Shown here one piece after another: positions 18,147-33,899 of a stretch of DNA of 37,314 nt. The stretch spans positions 1-37,314 of the forward strand of contig PBTB01000106.1 in NCBI GenBank assembly GCA_002726945.1, in the 5' to 3' direction. The stretch is from Deltaproteobacteria bacterium. Its GTDB lineage: Bacteria > SAR324 > NAC60-12. The notes beneath the pieces are model-generated. The model was not told where the DNA came from. It did not search any database and saw only the letters and a program-made list of their open reading frames with translations. The position numbers were made by a program, and so were the translations under genes. The first letter of the stretch is position 1. Each line of letters opens with the position of its first letter.

Positions 18147-18530
18147 ATGGACACCCAGCACGCTCCAATTGAAGTTAAACAGCTCTTGGAACTCAACCAC
18201 ATTGCCGTGGACATCAGCCACAGCATCATGGACAAACCGGTGCTCGAAGCCTCCGCCGGAGACTGGACCTTCATCCCCACAGTACTCCACAACCTCCAGC
18301 ACGTCTATGGTCGTCCGCTGGTGGCGGTGCGGAACATTGACGGGGAAAAGCGCATCATGTTCGCCGCCTATGTGATGGACCACGCAGTGCTGCCCAGTGG
18401 CCGGGTGCGCTTCGTGCTTTCCGAAGATCCCGGGACGCTCGGCGACCTTGTGGGCCGGGTCTATCCAATGTGGCGCGGGGCGACCATCGCCTACGTCTCC
18501 AGAGAAAGCCGTTCGGTTCTGGAGTTCTGA
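18147..18530 (+). CDS. Hypothetical protein
   Basis: Globular-looking 127-aa ORF with genome-like codon bias, directly upstream of the MORN gene. Confidence 0.7.
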   Translation: MDTQHAPIEVKQLLELNHIAVDISHSIMDKPVLEASAGDWTFIPTVLHNLQHVYGRPLVAVRNIDGEKRIMFAAYVMDHAVLPSGRVRFVLSEDPGTLGDLVGRVYPMWRGATIAYVSRESRSVLEF

Positions 18531-18566
18531 GTGCAGACGTTTTGTAACCCATTCCCAAAAGCCGTC

Positions 18567-20858
18567 ATGCGATTCCCACGCCTTCTCCTCAGCCTACTCG
18601 TCCTCACGCTGCTGTTGTGGGGGACTCCTCCACTTCCAGATCTCCATGCCGAGGAACTGCTCTTCTCCGACGACTCCCGCTATGAAGGGGAGCTTGCGGA
18701 CGGAAAACCCAACGGCCAAGGGGTGTATCAGTATGCCGACGGCTCCCGCTACGAAGGCAAATGGGTGGCTGGTGCTCCGGAAGGACGTGGCACCTACACT
18801 TACGCGAGTGGAACTGTTTATGATGGCGACTGGAGGAACGGCATCCCTGACGGACGAGGGTTGCTGACCTACGCCAACGGCGTGCAGTATGTCGGGGAGT
18901 TTCAGGACGGACGCTTCCACGGCGGCGGGGAACTGACCTATCCGGACGGCACGCGTTACAGCGGGGAATTCGTCAAGGGCGCCTTGCAGGGCAAGGTCCG
19001 CATCGAGTATGCGGACAGTACGCACTACGATGGAACCTGGCAGAACGAACGGCCCAGCGGCAGCGGGACCCTGCGCTACGCAAGCGGCACGGTGTACGAG
19101 GGCGAGTTCACCGAAGGCCGGATCGAAGGCAAGGGTCAACTCCGCTTTGCCGACCAGTCCGTGTACCGGGGAACGCTCGTGGATGGTGAGTACCTCAAAG
19201 GCAACTACCGCTACCCGGATGGCTCCAGCTACATCGGCGACTGGCGGGACGACCAGCCCGAAGGGCAGGGTACCATGGATTACGCCGACGGCTCCCACTA
19301 CGAGGGACAGTGGCGCAAGGGGATGCCACATGGACAGGGTGAGTTGCGTTTCGTCGATGACTCCCGCTACCACGGCGTGTGGCAGGGCGGACGCTACCAC
19401 GGACTCGGCACCTTCACCTTTGCCAACGGTAGCCACTACAACGGCCACTGGCATGAGGGGAACTACCACGGGCAGGGCACCTTCAAGTACGCCGACGGCA
19501 GTCGCTATGAAGGCCAGTGGTCCAACGGGGTCCAACAGGGGTCCGGCACCTTCACCTACACCAACGGCAGTCACTACTCCGGAACTTGGCGCAACGGCAA
19601 TTTCCACGGGCAGGGTACGTTTGTCTATGCCGAGGGCGGCCGCTACAAGGGGCAGTGGTCGAACGGCACCCCGGACGGAGAAGGCGAGTTCAAATACGCC
19701 GACGGCAGCCGCTACAAAGGGTCGTTTGCCAAGGGACTCCCACATGGACAGGGCAAGCTGAATGATGCTAACGGTACCGCCTATGAAGGGCAATTCGTCG
19801 CCGGAGCCATCCGGGGACAGGGGGCCTTCACTCACAAGGACGGCAGTGTCGCCACCGGTCAATTCTCAGATGGAATCCAGCAGGGCACCGGCACCCTGAC
19901 TTATCCAAGTGGAGCGGTGTACTCCGGGGCATTTCTTGATGGAACCCCGCACGGACAGGGGGAGTATACCTTCCCCGACGGCTCCCACTACAAAGGCAAT
20001 TTCGCCTCCGGGAGTATCAAGGGGCAGGGCACCTACACCTACCCCGACGGCACCGTGTACGAGGGCAGCTTTGCGGCAGGCATTCCCAGCGGACGCGGCC
20101 GGGCTCGTTATCCTGCCGGATCGCAGTATGAGGGCGATTGGCGAGACGGCATGCCCTACGGACAGGGCCGCTGGAACTACGCCAACGGTGCAACTTACGA
20201 AGGGCGGGTCAAAGACGGGAGTCCGGACGGACAGGGCAAGTACGCCTTTGCCGACGGCAGCCACTACGAGGGGAAATTCCGCATGGGCACCCCGGAAGGT
20301 AAGGGTGTGATTGCGTATCCGGACGGCACCCGCTACGACGGTCAGTGGCGAGCGGGCATCCAAAGCGGGCAGGGCAAGCAGACTTACCCCACCGGAGCTT
20401 CCTACAAAGGCACCTTCCTGAACAGCCAGCCGCACGGCGTGGGCACCTACACCTTCCCGGACCAGACGGTCTATGAGGGCCAGTTCAACATGGGCAAACG
20501 CTCTGGACGCGGCGAAATCCGCTACCCCAGCGGTGCGAACTACAAAGGCAATTTTGTGGACAGCACACTGCACGGCCAAGGGACGTACCACTACACCGAC
20601 GGCTCACACTACCAGGGAAGTTTCGTCAGGGGAAAACCGGAGGGCAAGGGCATCATGACCTACGCCAACGGGGCGAGCTACTCCGGGAACTTTCTCAAAT
20701 GCCTCCAGCACGGGCAGGGCATCTACACCTTCCCGGACGGCTCGCGCTACGAAGGTGCGTGGGCCGACGGCCAGCAGAACGGACAGGGCAACTACTACGG
20801 CCCGGATGGAGAAATTATCTTCAGCGGACAGTGGGAAAAAAGCAAACCCCAGCAGTAA
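18567..20858 (+). CDS. Secreted MORN-repeat protein (about 31 repeats)
   Basis: Signal peptide, then 31 counted ~23-aa units YxGxW/FxxGxxxGxGxxxYxDGxx plus one partial unit. Confidence 0.95.
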   Translation: MRFPRLLLSLLVLTLLLWGTPPLPDLHAEELLFSDDSRYEGELADGKPNGQGVYQYADGSRYEGKWVAGAPEGRGTYTYASGTVYDGDWRNGIPDGRGLLTYANGVQYVGEFQDGRFHGGGELTYPDGTRYSGEFVKGALQGKVRIEYADSTHYDGTWQNERPSGSGTLRYASGTVYEGEFTEGRIEGKGQLRFADQSVYRGTLVDGEYLKGNYRYPDGSSYIGDWRDDQPEGQGTMDYADGSHYEGQWRKGMPHGQGELRFVDDSRYHGVWQGGRYHGLGTFTFANGSHYNGHWHEGNYHGQGTFKYADGSRYEGQWSNGVQQGSGTFTYTNGSHYSGTWRNGNFHGQGTFVYAEGGRYKGQWSNGTPDGEGEFKYADGSRYKGSFAKGLPHGQGKLNDANGTAYEGQFVAGAIRGQGAFTHKDGSVATGQFSDGIQQGTGTLTYPSGAVYSGAFLDGTPHGQGEYTFPDGSHYKGNFASGSIKGQGTYTYPDGTVYEGSFAAGIPSGRGRARYPAGSQYEGDWRDGMPYGQGRWNYANGATYEGRVKDGSPDGQGKYAFADGSHYEGKFRMGTPEGKGVIAYPDGTRYDGQWRAGIQSGQGKQTYPTGASYKGTFLNSQPHGVGTYTFPDQTVYEGQFNMGKRSGRGEIRYPSGANYKGNFVDSTLHGQGTYHYTDGSHYQGSFVRGKPEGKGIMTYANGASYSGNFLKCLQHGQGIYTFPDGSRYEGAWADGQQNGQGNYYGPDGEIIFSGQWEKSKPQQ

Positions 20859-20864
20859 CGGCCC

Positions 20865-21074
20865 TCACTCGTCCGGCTCCACGCGCTTTTCCGCCTGACG
20901 GTTGTAGCGCTGCTTGCGCGGCGGCCTCACCTTCTCCCGGAAGCGTGTGAACGGGTAGGTCGCGGCGATCTTCAACTCGCCGCCCTCGGACTCCCCCTCC
21001 AACTCGGGGGTTTCCTCCACTTCCGCTTCCGGAACTTTCTCGGCTCCGGCTTTCTGCTTTTTGCGTTTTAGCAT
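20865..21074 (-). CDS. Small charged hypothetical protein
   Basis: MLKRKKQK..acidic stretch..ATYPFTRFREKVRPPRK. Ends 6 nt from the convergent MORN stop. Confidence 0.5.
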   Translation of the reverse strand: MLKRKKQKAGAEKVPEAEVEETPELEGESEGGELKIAATYPFTRFREKVRPPRKQRYNRQAEKRVEPDE

Positions 21075-21356
21075 CTCAATCCAACACCCGGCATCCGTTG
21101 CCGCCGTTCTTGACGATGTTCGCACTGCCGCACTCGCGGCAGTGCTGGACTTGGCTGATCTCGATCAGCGGTGTCCTCCTTTGGAAGGTTAGATGGTTTT
21201 GTAAGCGTTCAGAGGGTGACTATCCAAATCTCTCACTTGACACAAATGATGGGCTGTTGTCCAGTCGCTTCGGTAAAAGTCTCACTTTTACTTGCACCCG
21301 TCCGGAAGGATTCGGGATATGCTAGAGGCGTTGTGACGATTCAGGAAAAGGAAGGC

Positions 21357-21989
21357 ATGTCACGCAAGGTGGGAACAATGGACGAGACCGACGGACTGGG
21401 GCGCATCCGCATCGCGGTTGAACTGGATTCCGGTGGCACGGAGCAAGAGGTTGCGTCGCGGCTGGGAATTCCGGTGAGCCTCGTCCAGGAAGTCGCCACA
21501 ACCGCAGGCTTCCGCGAAAAGCAGGGGGCGTCACAGCGCAGTCGCCGCACCACCGAGGCGGAACGCTCCGTTGCGGTTTCACGGATTGCAGGTGGAGAAT
21601 CACCTGAACGGATTGCCGAGGAAATTGGCGTAACGGTCCCGTTGCTGGCCCGCTGGTGTCGGCGGCAAGGAGTGACGGTGGGGCGAACGCTGGATCAACT
21701 CAGCGGTGCAGAGCAGAAGGAGGTCCGGCAACTGCTGGAATCCGGAGAACCGGAGGCGGAGGTGCGGGAAGCCTATGGCCTCACCCGCGAGGCATTGGAG
21801 GAATTGCAAGAACCGGAATACCAGGAACTGGATTCCGAAAGCCTGGGGTTTCTCTACGAAATCCTGCGGGAACAACCCCGCGCCTCGAACCGACGGATCG
21901 CGCAGATGGCCGGGGACGCAGGCTTGGAACTTCTGGAAACCGCCGTTGTCGCCTACCGCCAGCGTTTGCAACGGCTGGAAAAGCTCTGA
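21357..21989 (+). CDS. Multi-helix-turn-helix putative DNA-binding protein
   Basis: HTH-like units TEQEVASRLGIPVSLV, SPERIAEEIGVTVPLLARW, PEAEVREAYGLTREAL, ASNRRIAQMA. AAGG RBS before ATG 21357. Confidence 0.7.
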   Translation: MSRKVGTMDETDGLGRIRIAVELDSGGTEQEVASRLGIPVSLVQEVATTAGFREKQGASQRSRRTTEAERSVAVSRIAGGESPERIAEEIGVTVPLLARWCRRQGVTVGRTLDQLSGAEQKEVRQLLESGEPEAEVREAYGLTREALEELQEPEYQELDSESLGFLYEILREQPRASNRRIAQMAGDAGLELLETAVVAYRQRLQRLEKL

Positions 21990-22370
21990 TCAGTGGAGGG
22001 TGCCTCCGGAGGAAGCGTCCTCGTTGACCGATCCCAGCAGCGCCACAATGTCGTCGAGTTCCTCAAGCTTGGGGAATTTTCCCTGATCCATGAGCGAGAG
22101 ATCCTCAAAGCTTTCAGGCGGAAGCAGTTCCTCATCGTCCAACATTTCCATGATCGCATCGCCGTTGATGTAGCACATCAGGCGGTCGCGGTCCTCCTGA
22201 TCAAACCCGAAGAGGTCGTCGAAGAGTTCTGTCCCGGCAAGGTCGATTTCGGTGACAACGACGCGGTGGTATTCTCGGTGCTTGAGTTGCCGGAGCAGCG
22301 AAATGACGTCATTGACGCTGATGCGGTGGTGCTGGTCGATATGAACGCAAAGGTCCCCTGACATTTTCAC
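21990..22370 (-). CDS. Acidic hypothetical protein
   Basis: 126-aa Asp/Glu-rich ORF with a GGAG RBS. Its stop abuts the convergent HTH gene stop. Confidence 0.7.
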   Translation of the reverse strand: MKMSGDLCVHIDQHHRISVNDVISLLRQLKHREYHRVVVTEIDLAGTELFDDLFGFDQEDRDRLMCYINGDAIMEMLDDEELLPPESFEDLSLMDQGKFPKLEELDDIVALLGSVNEDASSGGTLH

Positions 22371-22837
22371 AACTCCGTGTGCGGGTGGGCAATCGTCCGT
22401 GTACTCTCATCCTCTTTCAATTCCCGTACCAGCTAGCCGGCAATCCCAAGGTCACTTGATTCGTGGGATGGGCAGGGGGAAGTGTTCCAAAACCAGCTCC
22501 ACTGCGCTTGAGCCGCCCTATGCAAAAACGCAATTTGTAGGACACGGTTCATTTACCTGCGTCTTGCCACAGCGATTTCGCTTGCCTGTTCACCATCAGT
22601 ACGCCATTCTCCCACTTGGCACCAACATGAAGGCAACGTCCGCACCTGCTGGCAGCAGGTGTTGCAAGAGCGACTGGCTGTCGGGAGTCAAAAACAAAAT
22701 GTGGGTGGTGTGGTCTTCGCGGCCCGCACTGTGCGTACCACCGGGAAATCCTTGCTGGTGCTTGGTTTTCACAGCTTGGGCAAGAATGAGGTATTCGAGG
22801 CGGTATCATTGAAAATCGCCAAACTTGAGAGGAGAGT

Positions 22838-23689
22838 ATGGCAGACAGGCTGACGGGTAAGGTTGCTATTGTGACGGGTGGCGGAAGCTACGGTGACGAT
22901 GTTGGTACGGGACGGGCCACTGCGGTGTGCTTGGCACGCGAGGGCGCCAAGGTCTTGGTTGCTGACATCAACGAAGCGAACGCGATGAACACCGTCGAGG
23001 CGGTGCGGGCCGACAGTGGCGGGGACGCCACCACGTTCGTTGGTGACGCTACGTGCAGCGCCGATAGCCGCGCAATGATCGAGTCCGCTGTCGAACGGTA
23101 TGGCGGTCTACATGTGCTGGTGAACAATCTCGGCTTTGGCGGACGCAGCGTTGCTTGGGGGAACCAACGCGGGTTGACCGACCTCAATGAGGCAAGGTGG
23201 CAGCAGGCCATCAAGCTGAATCTGAACTCGGCGATGTTGGCGAGTAAGCATGCCATCGCCCCTATGACAACCACCGGAGGTGGATCGATCATCAACATGT
23301 CGTCTGTCGACGGTCTGGTCACGTCGATGAATTACTCGATGCAGTACGGGGTGTCGAAGGGCGCGCTGATTATGCTAACCAAGGCCACCGCTGTCTGGCA
23401 CGGGCGCTCCGGCATCCGCGCCAATTGTATCGCGCCAGGGCACCTGCACTCAGCGTTCACCTCCCATATGGATACTGAGCTGCGTGATCGGCGCCGGCGG
23501 GTGACCCCCTTGGGCACCGAGGGCACGCCGTGGGATGTCGCCTGGGCCGCCGTCTTCCTGGCCAGCGACGAATCGCGCTGGATCTCCGGCGTGACCATTC
23601 CGGTTGATGGTGGCGTGCTCGCGGAACAGCCGCTGATGGGCTACGAGTTCATTAGCGAAGAGGTCGCGAGCGCCGACACAGATGGATAA
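22838..23689 (+). CDS. SDR-family NAD(P)-dependent oxidoreductase
   Basis: KVAIVTGGG..G, NNLG, NMSS, catalytic YGVSK, IRANCIAPG, FLASDE..VDGG. GAGGAG RBS. Confidence 0.95.
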   Translation: MADRLTGKVAIVTGGGSYGDDVGTGRATAVCLAREGAKVLVADINEANAMNTVEAVRADSGGDATTFVGDATCSADSRAMIESAVERYGGLHVLVNNLGFGGRSVAWGNQRGLTDLNEARWQQAIKLNLNSAMLASKHAIAPMTTTGGGSIINMSSVDGLVTSMNYSMQYGVSKGALIMLTKATAVWHGRSGIRANCIAPGHLHSAFTSHMDTELRDRRRRVTPLGTEGTPWDVAWAAVFLASDESRWISGVTIPVDGGVLAEQPLMGYEFISEEVASADTDG

Positions 23690-23884
23690 GACGACCGGCA
23701 GCCCCGCTCGCTGCCGATACTCGCGGCGCCATGCGCTGCAACGACGCCCGTGCGACCGACCACACGACTTCCGCTCGTGAGTCCCGTGCTACCCGGCTGA
23801 CGCGCGGACGTCAGGCGACGATGCTCAGGGGCGCTGGTGGCACTCCAGGCAAAAACTGCAAAGCAATAGCGGGGGTTTCCTGCT

Positions 23885-25375
23885 TCAGGGCACCACGCGC
23901 AGGTGGAGAATCGGCTGAGAATCCAGCAGCAGTTCCGGAGGGGGAGGCCAGCGGATTTGGGCAAGCCCTTCCAGTACGCCGAGCAGGAACGCAGGCGAAC
24001 CCTGTCGCTGGAGCAACCGCAGTGCAGGCTTGTCCGCTTGCTTGGAAAAACGCAGTTCCAGCACCAATTCCGAATCCGGACGGTGACGTTGAAGTGGGTG
24101 GAAACTCGACTCCGCCACCTTGCGGAGTTGTTCGTGCCAAAGCTGTCGCGCATCCTTCAACACCCTGCGATACGCCAGCCGCTTTTTCGTTTTGGGGTGC
24201 ATTGCGATTTTGGTTGCCGAAGTGTCCTCCGGAACGTGCAGGTGCGTCAGTGGAGCCATGCGAAACCGGAACGTCACACGCAACTGTTCGTCCGGAAATC
24301 CAAAAGGCAACGGCGGCAGCAACACGGTGTCCACCGCCCGTAGCGCGGCTTCCTGCACACTCTCCGGTAGCTTGCCCGTGGCCTGTGCCTGCGTGTCAAG
24401 AATCCGTCCGTCCTGAGCCACTTCCGCAGTGACCCACACCTCCCCGCCTTGTGGATGCTCTCCGGACAGGTACTCGGTGGGTGGATGCTGCGCCCAGTAA
24501 AACCGTGCCTGCTCGTTCCAACGCTTCAGGTAGTCGGCGTATTCCCAATCGTAGGTGCTGAGTTGATGGCCGGCGTAATAGTGGACGGTGAGTTGGTTGT
24601 CGGTTGTCGGTTGTCGGTTGATTGTCAATTCGCGGGCATGGCCCGCTCCTACCCCTTCTGCCTTCTTCAGGGGTTTAGGCGGTAGGGGTTCATCTGCTGC
24701 CTGCTGCCTGCTGCCTGCTGCCTTGTCGGGATCGGTTTCAACTTCGGAGGCGTTGTCAGAAACGGCTTTGGAGGCCGCGAGTTGGGGTTGCGATTCGTGC
24801 AGGGGCGGTCCCTCCACGCGCTCCAGATATTCAAACTTGGTGATGAAGAGCGGAGTCCCCATTGAGTCGGCTGCCTCGGTGCTGGCTTCTTTGAGGTGGT
24901 CTTCGTCATCCGGAAACGCCAGTCCCGAGAAGCGCACCCACTCGCCTTCCCGAAAGGTGGCGAGCCAGTCGTAAAGTTCGGTTCCCGGCAAAACGAGGGT
25001 GCCGTAATCCAAGTCCAGATAGGCGTTGTTCCAAGTTCCTGCACGGGGGTGCACGGGTGCGTCAAGCCGTTGAGGATCGGCGATGGTGATTTCCAGATAC
25101 GCCTTGCCATTCGCCGTCGCCCGCAACAGCGTCAGCACCCCGACCCATTCCTGAAACTGACGATCCGGAAGCAGTTTGGACAGATACGCCTTGCGCTGCT
25201 TGCGAATCAGGAACTGCTCGAGCGGATTTGGGGAGTCGGACCACTGCTGATGGAAAGCTGCGATGGCCTGCTGAAATTGTTGCTGCTTCACGGGCGCAAC
25301 TGCCGCTTCTTGCGCAACCACCGCGCCTGCCAAGGGAACGAGCAACAGCCATCCTAGCAACCGTGAATTCTTCAC
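23885..25375 (-). CDS. Exported multidomain protein with TonB/TolA-C-terminal-like domains
   Basis: Signal peptide, N-domain, low-complexity linker, then GGEVWVTAEVAQDGRI..EAALRAV..LPPLP..VTFRF and a second similar unit ending WPPPP. Confidence 0.65.
   Translation of the reverse strand: MKNSRLLGWLLLVPLAGAVVAQEAAVAPVKQQQFQQAIAAFHQQWSDSPNPLEQFLIRKQRKAYLSKLLPDRQFQEWVGVLTLLRATANGKAYLEITIADPQRLDAPVHPRAGTWNNAYLDLDYGTLVLPGTELYDWLATFREGEWVRFSGLAFPDDEDHLKEASTEAADSMGTPLFITKFEYLERVEGPPLHESQPQLAASKAVSDNASEVETDPDKAAGSRQQAADEPLPPKPLKKAEGVGAGHARELTINRQPTTDNQLTVHYYAGHQLSTYDWEYADYLKRWNEQARFYWAQHPPTEYLSGEHPQGGEVWVTAEVAQDGRILDTQAQATGKLPESVQEAALRAVDTVLLPPLPFGFPDEQLRVTFRFRMAPLTHLHVPEDTSATKIAMHPKTKKRLAYRRVLKDARQLWHEQLRKVAESSFHPLQRHRPDSELVLELRFSKQADKPALRLLQRQGSPAFLLGVLEGLAQIRWPPPPELLLDSQPILHLRVVP
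24595..24620 (+). repeat. Heptamer tandem repeat (GGTTGTC)x3 plus partial
   Basis: Read directly at 24595-24615, followed by GGTTG. Confidence 0.9.
24694..24721 (+). repeat. Heptamer tandem repeat (CTGCTGC)x4
   Basis: Four perfect units read directly. Confidence 0.9.
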
Positions 25376-26973
25376 AACCGCTTCCCTTCCGTATCAAACT
25401 TGACGACAAACACGTCCAGCCCGCCTTGGTGCGTGTGTCCGTCCAGACTGCCGCTCGTGCCTCCGGTGGCGATCAGGTTCCCGTTGGGAAGAAACGCCAA
25501 CGCACGGACTTCATCGGCTCCGGAGGAACCAAACTGCCGCGTCCACAAAAAGGTGCCGTCCCTCTGAAACAGGCTGACGAAGGCACCGCCCTGCCCGGCC
25601 GTTTGCTGGTCCGGAAAGGCACCCTGCGTGGAGCCGCCAATGGCAAGGGTTGCGTTGTCAGAAAGTGCGATGGCGTGCACCCGTTCATCGGCTTCCGTGC
25701 CAAACTGCTGGAGCCACTGTGGATTCCCCTGTGTGTCGAAACCGATGACAAACGCATCATCGCCCTCTCCGGATTCCAGTGCTTCGGCAAGCGAGGAAAC
25801 CTTCACCCGTAACTTGCCTCCAGTCACGCCTGCCGCCACCACACCTTCCGCATTCGCCGCCAGCACCGTAACCACGTCACGGGAGGCGGTGGGCAAGCGT
25901 CGGCTCCAGCGTTTCACTCCGGAGGGATCGAGCTTCATCACAAAGCCGTCCTGCGTGTGGGTTGAGGGAGTGCCGTCCAGCGGCCCCGTCACGATGCCCC
26001 CCGCGTAAAGCGTGGAGCGTTGGTGCAGGGCAAGGGCTTTCACGGAAATCCCGGAGCCGAGCGTGGCAGAAGCACGCTGGTTCCAGCGACGGTGATTGAC
26101 TCGCAGGTGCCGTCGCGTGTCGCCGGACGACAGCAGATTGCCTGCGGGGTCCAGCACCAGCGCGGAACCTTGCGGAGCCGAGGGCCAGGTGAACTTGATG
26201 GACGGCTCGGCAACACCGTCTTCACTGAAACTCGTGAGTGCGAGCGTGGTCCCCGATTCTCCTGGAAGCAATGCTCCCATGCGCCATCCGGAATCCACTA
26301 CCTGAAGTGCAAGTGCGTTGGGCAGTTTGCCAAATCCCGGTTGCTGCATCCACTGCTGGTCGCCTTCGTGGTCGTAGAGCGCGAGGAAGCCGTCTTTGGA
26401 AACGTTATCGTTGTTTTCAAAGCGGGAGGCGCCCGCAACGAGCAGCCGCCCCTGCCCATCGGTGTGCAGGGCAAGGCCAAGGTCGTCTCCGGAGGCGCCA
26501 ATCGTGATGGTCCATTTCGTTGGAAAGCTTTCCTCGGTCGTGTAGGTGGATTTCAAGGATGCCCCCTTGTTGCTCTTGGCTTCCGGGGTGATGCGAAGGT
26601 GGTAGCGAAGCTTGCGACGCAACGATTCCGCAGGCAGGAATTGAAAGGTTTTCTGCTGATCGGAACTTCCGGTGCGGATGAGCGGCGCACAGGTTTGGAA
26701 ACCATCCGGGGAGAGTTGCACAACGCCCGTGCAGTTGCCATCCGTGGGAAGTTCCTTCCCAAGATTGGAGTCCATCGAAAGTGAGAAGCGCACCTCGATT
26801 TTCGGCAACAGCGACACCGTGGTGCCGTTGTCCGTGGGAGACACCGAAACGACTTCTGGCGTGGGCTGCTTGGGTTTCGCTTTGGGAACTTTGGGAACCT
26901 CCGGAGTGCTTTCAAAACACCCTGCAAGCAGGAACAGGAGGCCGAGGATCAGGAGCAGGAAGGAGAAACGCAT
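25372..26973 (-). CDS. Lipoprotein with Ig-like (Big_5-type) domain and SBBP-type beta-propeller repeats
   Basis: LAGC lipobox. PEVVSVSPTD..IEVRFS..M Ig-like start. Repeats D(AF/GF/VF)VxKxDxxGxxxWxxQFG..D. Confidence 0.85.
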   Translation of the reverse strand: MRFSFLLLILGLLFLLAGCFESTPEVPKVPKAKPKQPTPEVVSVSPTDNGTTVSLLPKIEVRFSLSMDSNLGKELPTDGNCTGVVQLSPDGFQTCAPLIRTGSSDQQKTFQFLPAESLRRKLRYHLRITPEAKSNKGASLKSTYTTEESFPTKWTITIGASGDDLGLALHTDGQGRLLVAGASRFENNDNVSKDGFLALYDHEGDQQWMQQPGFGKLPNALALQVVDSGWRMGALLPGESGTTLALTSFSEDGVAEPSIKFTWPSAPQGSALVLDPAGNLLSSGDTRRHLRVNHRRWNQRASATLGSGISVKALALHQRSTLYAGGIVTGPLDGTPSTHTQDGFVMKLDPSGVKRWSRRLPTASRDVVTVLAANAEGVVAAGVTGGKLRVKVSSLAEALESGEGDDAFVIGFDTQGNPQWLQQFGTEADERVHAIALSDNATLAIGGSTQGAFPDQQTAGQGGAFVSLFQRDGTFLWTRQFGSSGADEVRALAFLPNGNLIATGGTSGSLDGHTHQGGLDVFVVKFDTEGKRL

Positions 26974-27035
26974 GGGACCACGGTGGTCAATGCACCAAAC
27001 GCATCACAATGTGTGCCAACCGGAATGACGATTCC

Positions 27036-32028
<4,993 letters not shown>

Positions 32029-32036
<8 letters not shown>

Positions 32037-32745
32037 AAATGCTCCGGAACTCTGGCTTCAGTCGCAAACCAGCGACCTGCTGGAAACCATCATCCTGCTG
32101 CTGGATCGTCTGCATTGCCCCCCCTTTGAGTTGAGTTGGCTGCATGCCAAAATCGGGCAGAACTACCGAACGTTGCTGCTGGAACTGGAACGGGTGCTGC
32201 TGGAAATCTGGGAGTCCACTCAAAACAAAAAAATCGTGGAACTGGAGGATTCCCTGCAACTCTGGTTTCAGGACCAGCTTCGACAGGAAAACGGACTGTT
32301 CCGACAGTACCAACGGTTGTACGAGGCCCTGGAGAACTGGAGCCACACTCCGGAATCACAAGGTCAGGGCCTGCAGGGTTGGTTCGATTTCCAGCTCAAC
32401 GCGCTCATTCATGAACCCAACCTGCTCGTCCGCAAAGCGCAGGAGGCACAAGTGTCCATCGAGGAACTGGAGGTCTTGTCCGGCAAGGCACTCGCGTGGG
32501 TGCAGCCCGTGGCTTCAGAAGCACCGCACGACCTGCTCGACGAATTTTTCACCCTGCTCCGTCCCTTCACCAAAACCCACCCGGAACTCCTGCAACCGTC
32601 TCCCACTTCCCGGAACGCCCCACGGCACGATCAGTTCCACACCGCCCTCAACGCTCAGGACGACTGGGAATCCTCCGGGATCGAACTGGCGAAATGGCTT
32701 CGCGAGGCTCCGCGGCTTCCGTCCGCGAGAGTGCGGGATGCCTGA
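32029..32745 (+). CDS. Hypothetical alpha-helical protein
   Basis: ATG overlaps the mfd end. Leu/Glu/Gln/Trp-rich with genome-like codon use. Confidence 0.7.
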
Positions 32746-32862
32746 CAAGGCGGAGGGGGTCGGATTGTTGAGGATTGCGCGTTCCTGGAACCTCTCACCT
32801 GAACAGTTATGGCTGACTGAGGAAAAACGGCTGAAGTCGTTTAGTCGCCAGTTGCACAAGCC

Positions 32863-33861
<999 letters not shown>

Positions 33862-33899
33862 GGGTTTTTCGATTTTCGGTTGTCGGCTTTTAGGGCTGA

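Noticed and set aside
18000-18383. N-terminal part of the 217-aa ORF 17730..18383
   Set aside because: It overlaps the better plus-strand gene at 18147. Only the 3' end carries the lipoprotein signal and shared motif.
18594-20591. Long antisense and alternative-frame ORFs over the MORN gene
   Set aside because: Shadows of a repetitive coding sequence.
18680-20820. 69-bp periodicity as a possible CRISPR or DNA repeat array
   Set aside because: The periodicity is explained by 23-aa MORN units. There are no identical repeats with unique spacers and no cas genes.
22549-22809. Cys-containing 86-aa ORF (CPSC..CGRC) as a zinc-finger protein
   Set aside because: No clear RBS, atypical composition and no recognisable family, so it is not supportable without a search.
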